Positions 57,052 to 64,000 of a DNA stretch of 64,000 nt are shown one piece after another (within the stretch, counting starts at the first letter, position 1; every line of letters begins with the position of its first letter). The stretch spans positions 1,728,001-1,792,000 of the forward strand of contig CBDFJQ010000002.1 of NCBI GenBank assembly GCA_965248575.1, given 5' to 3'. Below the pieces are notes generated by a model that did no database searches, was not told where the DNA came from, and saw only the letters and a list, made by a program, of their open reading frames with translations. The position numbers and the translations under genes were made by a program. Origin of the DNA: Planctomycetota bacterium (GTDB lineage: Bacteria > Planctomycetota > B15-G4).

Positions 57052-58497
57052 TTGACGGCATCGGATCTTTACCGGCTGCGGTTCCTGGGGGCCGCTCGGG
57101 AAGTCACCGGCTCGCGCTTCCTGCTGGAGACCCGCAGCAGCCGCGTGCTCTTCGACTGCGGGATGGGCCAGTCGTCCGGACGAGGTCGACAGGCTGATCG
57201 CACCAATTGGGGCTTCGCGGTCGAGAGTCTCGATGCCGTGGTGCTGACCCACGCCCACATCGACCACTCGGGGATGCTGCCGCGCCTGATCAAGGATGGC
57301 TACCGCGGCCCGGTCTTTGCCTCTCCGGGGACCGTTGACCTGCTGCAGATCCTGCTGCCCGATGCCGCATGGATCCAGGAGCACGAGACCCAGCGCACCA
57401 ATCGTCGCCTTCAACGTCAGGGCCGACCGACGGTCGAACCGCTCTACACTTCGGACGATGCCGAGCGGGCGCTGCGCTCCCTGCGTCCCCACGCCATCGG
57501 CGACAAGCTCCCCATCGGGGACGATGTGCTGGTGCGCTTCCGCCACGCCGGACACATCCTCGGCGCCACATCGGTGGAGGTCTGGGTCCGTGACACCGCG
57601 AACATGCGTCGCTTCCTGATCTCCGGTGACATCGGCCGGAGCGGTGCACCGATCCTGCGCCCGGCAGAACCCCTGGAAGGCGCCGAGCTCGTGGTCATGG
57701 AGACCACCTACGGCAATCGCCAACACCGCAGCATGGAGGACACCCTCGACGAGTTCCGGGAGATCCTCAATGACGCGGACCGGCACCGTGAAAACGTCAT
57801 CATCCCCGTCTTCGCCGTGGGCCGATCCCAAGAGGTGCTGTACCACCTGCGGCAGTTCGAGAACGAAGGCAGCATCCGACCGCGCAAGGTCTTCCTCGAC
57901 AGCCCCATGGCCATCAGCGCCACCGAGCTCCACATGCGCAACAGCACCGGCTTCCAGACCGGCATCCGGGCGGAACTGCAATCGGGGGGCAATCCCTTCG
58001 CGCCACAACAACTCATCTACAGTCGCACCCCCGAGCAAAGCAAGGCCATCAACGATGAACGTGGGGCGATCATCCTTGCGGGGAGTGGGATGTGCCAAGG
58101 CGGTCGGGTCATGCACCACCTGAAGCACCACCTCTGGCGGCGTGGAACGCACGTCATCATCGTAGGCTTCCAGGCGCGGGGCACGACCGGGCGTGCGCTC
58201 GTGGACGGTGCGCAACAAGTCAAGATCCACGGACAACGCATCGCCGTGAAGGCCCAGGTGCACACCTTGGGCGGTTTCTCCGCTCACGCCGATCAGAAAG
58301 AACTGCTGGCGTGGCTCGAGCAGTTCGAGGGCAACCCTCCCGTGGCCCTCGTGCATGGCGAACCGGAAGCCCAAGACGTTTTCGCGGAGCTCCTGCGCGA
58401 ACGCTCGCCGCGTCGGATCAACGTGCCCGAGCGAGGCGACACCTTGGTCGTGCCGCGCTCAGGTCAGAACTACCGACTGGTACCTCGCAAGGCGTGA
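57052..58497 (+). CDS. MBL-fold beta-CASP RNA-metabolising metallo-hydrolase
   Basis: FLGAAREVTGS, THAHIDHSG, AGHILG, SGDIG, METTYG, FSAHAD and LVHGE motifs. Start uncertain (57001 or 57052). Confidence 0.93.
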   Translation: MTASDLYRLRFLGAAREVTGSRFLLETRSSRVLFDCGMGQSSGRGRQADRTNWGFAVESLDAVVLTHAHIDHSGMLPRLIKDGYRGPVFASPGTVDLLQILLPDAAWIQEHETQRTNRRLQRQGRPTVEPLYTSDDAERALRSLRPHAIGDKLPIGDDVLVRFRHAGHILGATSVEVWVRDTANMRRFLISGDIGRSGAPILRPAEPLEGAELVVMETTYGNRQHRSMEDTLDEFREILNDADRHRENVIIPVFAVGRSQEVLYHLRQFENEGSIRPRKVFLDSPMAISATELHMRNSTGFQTGIRAELQSGGNPFAPQQLIYSRTPEQSKAINDERGAIILAGSGMCQGGRVMHHLKHHLWRRGTHVIIVGFQARGTTGRALVDGAQQVKIHGQRIAVKAQVHTLGGFSAHADQKELLAWLEQFEGNPPVALVHGEPEAQDVFAELLRERSPRRINVPERGDTLVVPRSGQNYRLVPRKA

Positions 58498-59147
58498 TGG
58501 CTGCTGCACCTGGCCAACCCTCCCGGCTCCGACCCCTGTGGGAGGCCGCCGTGCCGGTGCTCGGCATCCAGGCCTGGGTCTGGTTGGCGGGACACCCCCG
58601 CTCGCGGCTCGGCGACGTAGCACTGGGGCTGGGCGTCCTGGTCTGGATCCTCGCAGCGGCCCGCTCGTCAGGACCTCCCCTCGCCGCAGCCTGGAACAAG
58701 GCATCCGGGGAAGCTCCCGCGCAAAACGTGCACCGGGCGGCCGCCCTCCCGGTCGCCGTCTGGACGGCGACCATGCTGCTCCTGCTGCTGGCCTACGGTC
58801 ACTGGACGGACACGCTGCTCTGGCGCCCTGCGCCCCTGGCCAAGGCACTCCTGGGCTACCCCTTCTCCGGGCTGCTCCAGCAGGGGTTGATGTTCGCCTT
58901 CGTGGCGCCGCGGCTCGGGCGCCTCGTCCCCGCTCCCTACGTGCCGCTCTGCCTGGCGGCTGTGTTCTGCCTGGCGCACCTGCCCAACCCGCTGCTGATG
59001 CTGGGCGGAGGCCTCATGACCTATGGCTTCGCCAGGATATGGGCCAAGACGCCTTCGCTGCTCCTGCTCGCCTTGAGTCATGGCATCCTGGGTGCCGTGT
59101 GCGACAAAGCACTCGACGTCTCCATGCGCGTGGGCGCTGGCTACTGA
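58497..59147 (+). CDS. CPBP (CAAX/Abi)-like membrane protein
   Basis: TM helices, F.LAHLPN and SHG motifs. QQ replaces the usual EE. TGATG overlap with the upstream gene. Confidence 0.7.
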   Translation: MAAAPGQPSRLRPLWEAAVPVLGIQAWVWLAGHPRSRLGDVALGLGVLVWILAAARSSGPPLAAAWNKASGEAPAQNVHRAAALPVAVWTATMLLLLLAYGHWTDTLLWRPAPLAKALLGYPFSGLLQQGLMFAFVAPRLGRLVPAPYVPLCLAAVFCLAHLPNPLLMLGGGLMTYGFARIWAKTPSLLLLALSHGILGAVCDKALDVSMRVGAGY

Positions 59148-59182
59148 ACTGCCTCCCGGACTGCACAGGAACGACTGCCCTC

Positions 59183-60628
59183 ATGCCGAGCCTCCGTCTA
59201 CTCCTGCCCTGGGTCGTCGCCCTTTCCACCGTCGGGCTGCTGGGCTGCGCGGGAGAGGGCAGCGGGCGTCCCAACGTCCTCCTCATCACGGTGGACACGC
59301 TGCGCGCCGACCACCTCACACCCTATGGCTCGAGCCGCAACACCTCGCCCTTCCTGGCTGAGCTGGCCGAGGAGAGCGTGCTCTTCCGGGACGCCATCGC
59401 CCAGTGCGGTACGACGCCCCAGTCCCTCTCCTCCCTGATGACGGGCCTCTACCCCTACACCGACCAGATCCTCACCAAGAACGACGTCTTCAACTACCTC
59501 ACCCGAGACCAGCAGACCTTGGCGGTCAGCTTCCGGGAGGCGGGCTACGCAACGCACGCCATCACGGCGTCCATCCAGACGTCGACGGCCACGGGGCTCG
59601 AACTGGGCTTCGAGAGCTTCGACTGCGTGGAGCTGCGCTGGGGCAACCACACCAGCCAACGGCGCACCGCCGATGAGGTGACCGCTCTCGCCAAAGCCTG
59701 GCTGGAAAGCGAGACGGCCTCCGACCGGCCCTTCTTCTTGTGGCTGCATTACATGGACCCACACCACCCCTACACCGCACCGGAGAGCTACGCCCACCAT
59801 TTCAGGAGCGATGCACCCACCCAGGAAGGCAGCACGGAGCGCTATCGCTTCGACGAGCTGCGGTCGATGGAGCACCCCCTGACCGAGGGTGATCTGGAGC
59901 GGCTGATCCTCGACTACGACCGGGAAGTACGCTTCACCGACGACTCCCTGCGTGAGCTCTTCGCCAGCTCACCCCAACTCAACGGAAACACCCTCACGGT
60001 GTTCACCGCGGATCACGGCGAGGCCCTGGGGGAGCACGGGATCATCACCCACAACGATCTCTACGACAGCATCGTGCGGGTGCCTCTGATGATCCGTTGG
60101 CCGGGGCGGCTGAAGGGCGGTCGGCGCAGTGGCCTGCCAGTCATGCTGACCGACATCGCACCCACCCTGCATGAGCTGGTGGGGTTTGAAGCGCTGGAAT
60201 CCGTCCGTGGCATGAGCCTGGCCCCCTGGCTGGGTGACAGCCCTCGCCCCTCGGCACCGCCCCGCTTGCGGCGCGCCGAATACGAAAGCCACAGCGCCAC
60301 CTACGACGGGCCGCTGAAGCTCATCGAGCGGCCGCAGGGCGTCGAACTCTACAACCGCGCCAAGGACCCCGGCGAGCTGCGCAACGTTGTGATGAAGCGC
60401 GAGGCACGGGCCGCCACCATGGTGCTCGCCAGCCGCAAGCTCACCAAGACGCCGCTCCGGCCGCGGGGCACCCAAGGCGCCGCGTCACCGGGGGCGTCCG
60501 CCGCGCCCCCCGAGGTCACGGAAGAAATGCTCGAGGAGCTGCGGGCCCTGGGTTACCTGGGGGCGGGCGACGAAGGAGCGGGCGAGTTCGACGCACGCGA
60601 CACGGGCACAGACGACGGAGATTCCTGA
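59183..60628 (+). CDS. sulfatase-like lipoprotein with a non-canonical active-site motif
   Basis: LGC lipobox, PNVLLITVDTLRADHL, GTTPQSLSSLMTGLYP, HYMDPH, TADHGE and LRALGY. Confidence 0.88.
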   Translation: MPSLRLLLPWVVALSTVGLLGCAGEGSGRPNVLLITVDTLRADHLTPYGSSRNTSPFLAELAEESVLFRDAIAQCGTTPQSLSSLMTGLYPYTDQILTKNDVFNYLTRDQQTLAVSFREAGYATHAITASIQTSTATGLELGFESFDCVELRWGNHTSQRRTADEVTALAKAWLESETASDRPFFLWLHYMDPHHPYTAPESYAHHFRSDAPTQEGSTERYRFDELRSMEHPLTEGDLERLILDYDREVRFTDDSLRELFASSPQLNGNTLTVFTADHGEALGEHGIITHNDLYDSIVRVPLMIRWPGRLKGGRRSGLPVMLTDIAPTLHELVGFEALESVRGMSLAPWLGDSPRPSAPPRLRRAEYESHSATYDGPLKLIERPQGVELYNRAKDPGELRNVVMKREARAATMVLASRKLTKTPLRPRGTQGAASPGASAAPPEVTEEMLEELRALGYLGAGDEGAGEFDARDTGTDDGDS

Positions 60629-60762
60629 GCCCGGCGCCGGGCGCTCCTGACCGGTGTTCTCACCTTCTCGCCGCAAGCCCCCACGAACGAGTCTCGCCCG
60701 CCCCAGGCACTGCCAGGGGCGGGCGAGTGGTCCACGAACAGTTCGCGGTGTGAGCGAATGCC

Positions 60763-61663
60763 CTAGAGGTGCATCACGCTCATGGTCACCTTCTCGAAGG
60801 TCAACCAGTAGAAGAAGCGATGCCGCGGCGGGAAGTTGCTCACTGACATCCCCATGGGCAGCGGGTTGTCATGAAAGATGACCTGGACTTCCAGATCATC
60901 TGCATCCGTTGCCCCATCCTCGGGGGTCATGGGACTGAAGATGCCGCCGCCCGTGTTCCGGACCGTGCCGTCGAGTTCGTCGCGCACCCCGTCCGAGACC
61001 TTCACGGCCCCGAACCAGTCGGGAGCCGTCGGCCCCGAAAAGGTGTTGATGAAGGGGACACCATTGAGCTTCACCAGGGTCGGGCCATAGGACGCAACGT
61101 GCTGGAACACCGTGGGCATCAGGGGACCGCCGGCCACCACCGTGTTGCCATGCTGGTAACCGTGGGTCTGAACGCCCTCCGTGATGGGCACGATGGTCGT
61201 CGCGTCGGGGCCGATGCGCAGAGCCGTGGGGTGGGCGGGCGGGGCCATGAGCGTTCGGGTGTAGGTCCACGCGCCATCGCTGTCGACCCAACGGTTTACG
61301 ACGATGCCTGTGTCATTCGCGGGATCGACGACCATCCAAACAGCGCCCCTGACCAACGCCGTCGAAGACAGCGGTATCCACGGGCTGGGCGGGAACGCCT
61401 TGAACGGAGACCGTGACGGGGCCCGTCACTTCACGATTGCGGCGACCGTCACTGCCACGAACGATATAGAGCAGATTGGAGCCAGCCATCCCGACCTGGA
61501 TGGTGGCGTCCATGGCAGCTCGCTCAGGGATGCCAGCCGCCAGGAGCTTCGCAGAGATGCGCTCCTGTCGTGCGGCGAGCTCGATGTCTTCGGTCGTTGT
61601 GGTGGGCTCAGCGAGCTGGAGCGGCATCGCCAGGGCCAGCGATAGGACAGCAATTCCATACAT
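60763..61663 (-). pseudogene. exported hypothetical protein split by a 1-nt frameshift
   Basis: ORFs 61313..61663 (signal peptide) and 60763..61356 overlap. Removing one base from the C4 run at 61346-61349 joins them. Confidence 0.6.
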
Positions 61664-61905
61664 GTGTTCATCTCATCTAGGTGTGGAAGGAAACTCCGCA
61701 CGGAAGAAGGGATGCTGCCCCCATGCCCATCCTCGCGGGGGGGGAGGGAGGCTATCACGGCTCCTGGAATCCGCAATCACCCACCCAAGCTACCGGGACG
61801 ATGCCATGCCAGGTGCGGTGCGGCCGATGCTGCAACCTCGTCTCAACCGAACCAGCACTGATGAAAGCGGCGACGTCTCCCTCGCGGAAGTTGGCAGGAC
61901 GGCAA

Positions 61906-61981
61906 TGGTGGGGGCGGTGGGACTCGAACCCACGACTCACGGCTTAAAAGGCCGTTACTCTACCGACTGAGTTACACCCCC
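61906..61981 (-). tRNA. tRNA-Lys(TTT)
   Basis: GGGGGTG/CGCCCCC acceptor stem, ACGGC-CTTTTAA-GCCGT anticodon arm, GGTTCGAGTCC and an encoded CCA. Confidence 0.97.
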
Positions 61982-62039
61982 CACCGGCATCGCCAAGCGA
62001 TGCCTCATGTTCCGTCTTGCAGGCTGCTCAGCCTTACGC

Positions 62040-62600
62040 TCAGCCTTCCTGGATCTCTTTGGTGCGGGCCGCGGCGATGGTATCGATCTCCGCTTCCATG
62101 GACTTCACCATCTTCTGGATCTCGTCCTTCAGGTCGTGTTCCTGGTCTTCGGAGAGCTCGCTGTCCTTGCGTGCCGTCTCCGCCAGCTTGTTCTGGTCGC
62201 GACGGATGTTGCGCACCGTGACGCGAGCCTGCTCCGCCAGCTCTTTCACGCGGCCGCCCATCTTGTCGCGCTGCTCCTGACTCATCATCGGAACATTCAG
62301 ACGCACCACCTTGCCGTCCGTCTCCGGCGTGATCCCGATGTCGCCCTTGAGGATCCCCTTCTCGATGGCCGTGCACATGGACGGGTCGAAAGGCTTCACG
62401 AGCAGCATGCGTGGTTCGGGAACGCTCACCGAAGCGATCTGGTTGAGCGGCGTGGGGCTGCCGTAGGCATCCACGCGGATGTTGTCCACCAGCGCCGGGG
62501 TCACCCGACCGCTCCGAAGCCCCTTGAGAGTCTCCTCAAAGTACTCCAGGCCCTTCTGCATCTTGTCCTTGCTCTCGGCCAGGATCTCTTCGGTGGTCAT
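62040..62600 (-). CDS. frr: ribosome recycling factor
   Basis: LRSGRVTPAL.D.I.VDAYG..TPLNQ.A and E.ARV.VRNIRRD motifs. GGAG RBS before ATG 62600. Confidence 0.97.
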   Translation of the reverse strand: MTTEEILAESKDKMQKGLEYFEETLKGLRSGRVTPALVDNIRVDAYGSPTPLNQIASVSVPEPRMLLVKPFDPSMCTAIEKGILKGDIGITPETDGKVVRLNVPMMSQEQRDKMGGRVKELAEQARVTVRNIRRDQNKLAETARKDSELSEDQEHDLKDEIQKMVKSMEAEIDTIAAARTKEIQEG

Positions 62601-62768
62601 CGGTCTGTGTCTCCTGTGCTCTGGGTGAACTGGAGTCTTGGTCTGCTGTGCCTGCCCTGCAGGCAAAGGCGTCGCCGGGCGGGTCCCAAGCAAGTCGCGG
62701 GCCCACTCGCGGCAAACAGCTGGCGCTGGCGTGGAGGATAACGCCCCGGTGCGCCCCGCGTCACGACC

Positions 62769-63479
62769 TCAGCTCGCGCTGACCAGCGTGCCGATGTCCT
62801 CACCCTCCACCACCCGCTTCAGGTTTCCGGGCGTGAGCACGTCGAAGACCTTGATGGGCAGGTCATTGTCCATGCACATGGTGATGGCGGTCAGGTCCAT
62901 GACCCGCAGGTCATCCTCGATCACCTGGCGGTAGGTGAGCTGCTCATAACGCTTGGCGTCAGGGTTCTTGGCGGGGTCGCTGTCGTAGACGCCATCCACC
63001 TTGGTCGCCTTGAGCATGATGTCGCAGCCCAGCTCCGAGGCCCGCAAGGAGGCCGTGGTGTCCGTGGTGAAGAAGGGGTTTCCCGTCCCACCAGCCAAGA
63101 CGATGACGCGCCCCTTGTCCTGATGCCGCAGCGCCCGCCGACGAATGAAGGGCTCACAGATCTGGTGAGCCGACACCGCCGACAGCAGGCGCGCTTCCTG
63201 CCCGTTGCGCTCCAGGCCGTCCATGAGCGCCAGCCCGTTGATCATCGTGGCCAGCATGCCCATCTGATCGGCCGTGGCGCGCACCGACACGGTGCCCAGC
63301 ACTTCGGCACCACGCAGAATGTTGCCGCCCCCCACCACGATGGCCAGGCGGCAGCCGGTCTCGGCCACCTCCCGGATCTGGGTGGAGATGGTGTCGATGG
63401 CCTCCGCTGCGAGGGCCCCACCGGAACCGCCTCCGAGGGCCTCGCCGCTCAGCTTGAGCAGAACGCTCTTGTAGCTCAC
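62769..63479 (-). CDS. pyrH: UMP kinase
   Basis: LLKLSGEAL, GGGN, D.MGMLAT.IN, GTGNPFFTTD and KATKVDGVY motifs. Confidence 0.98.
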   Translation of the reverse strand: MSYKSVLLKLSGEALGGGSGGALAAEAIDTISTQIREVAETGCRLAIVVGGGNILRGAEVLGTVSVRATADQMGMLATMINGLALMDGLERNGQEARLLSAVSAHQICEPFIRRRALRHQDKGRVIVLAGGTGNPFFTTDTTASLRASELGCDIMLKATKVDGVYDSDPAKNPDAKRYEQLTYRQVIEDDLRVMDLTAITMCMDNDLPIKVFDVLTPGNLKRVVEGEDIGTLVSAS

Positions 63480-63485
63480 GCGGCC

Positions 63486-64000
63486 CTAGGCCCCGATCTC
63501 GAAGCGCGCGAACCGATGGATCTGGATGTTCTCACCCAAGTTGCCCACGGTCTCGGCTCGGATCTGCTCAACCGTTTTCTTGTCGTCCATGACGTACGGC
63601 TGCTCAAGCAGGCATTGCTCCGCGTAGAACTTGCCCAGACGTCCCTCGAGCATCTTCTCCTGGATCTCGGCAGGCTTGCTGCTGTCGATCTGCTCGGAGA
63701 GGAAGGCACGCTCCTTCTCGACCAGGGCCGCGTCCACGTCTTCCCGGCGAACGCAGGTGGGCTTCATGGAGGCGATGTGCAACGAGATGCCGTGGCAGAA
63801 CTCCTTGAACGCAGGAGTCGCCGCCACGAAGTCCGTCTCACAGTTGACCTCCAGCAAGACACCTACCCTGCCGTTGTGATGGATGTAGGACGACACAGCA
63901 CCTTCGGAGGCCTCGCGACCGGCCTTCTTGGCAGCCTTGGCGATGCCCTTCTTGCGCAGCCACTCCACGGCCTTGTCCACGTCGCCGTCGGACTCCGTGA
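63486..64000 (-). CDS. tsf: translation elongation factor Ts (short type), 5' end outside the window
   Basis: WLRKKG.AKAAKKAGR.ASEG, EVNCETDFVA and RFARFEIG motifs. Lies upstream of pyrH-frr. Confidence 0.97.
   Translation of the reverse strand, partial: TESDGDVDKAVEWLRKKGIAKAAKKAGREASEGAVSSYIHHNGRVGVLLEVNCETDFVAATPAFKEFCHGISLHIASMKPTCVRREDVDAALVEKERAFLSEQIDSSKPAEIQEKMLEGRLGKFYAEQCLLEQPYVMDDKKTVEQIRAETVGNLGENIQIHRFARFEIGA

Noticed and set aside
46135..61981. Genomic island or prophage bounded by tRNA-Glu and tRNA-Lys
   Set aside because: No integrase, phage or transposase genes, no att duplication found, and no obvious compositional shift.

Overview
GC-rich (roughly two-thirds by eye) chromosomal segment of a Gram-negative bacterium. 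lpxK is present. The many sulfatase-like, FG-GAP/ASPIC-UnbV, carboxypeptidase-regulatory-repeat and GT-C genes suggest a Planctomycetota-type genome (inference). It holds about 45 genes: an ArnT-like GT/lpxK/ParA operon, a radical SAM gene plus a heterodimeric ABC exporter, a surface-glycan modification region, two divergent FG-GAP/ASPIC-UnbV lipoprotein genes, an ABC-F, an OmpR-type two-component system with a MauG-like peroxidase, a FixL/NarL/USP hypoxia-type cluster, tRNA-Glu, tRNA-Lys and tsf-pyrH-frr. No integrase, transposase, CRISPR or rRNA was seen. The best find is an in-frame TGA (30262-30264) that splits one FG-GAP repeat and is followed 10 nt later by a SECIS-like hairpin. This implies a recoded, probably selenocysteine-containing, ~975-aa FG-GAP/ASPIC-UnbV/thioredoxin lipoprotein. 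Also notable are an orphan LysW-like carrier protein with a non-canonical tail, a shared C-terminal domain on exported proteins, and recurrent leaderless-type promoters. Family assignments come from motif recognition by eye; no searches were run.
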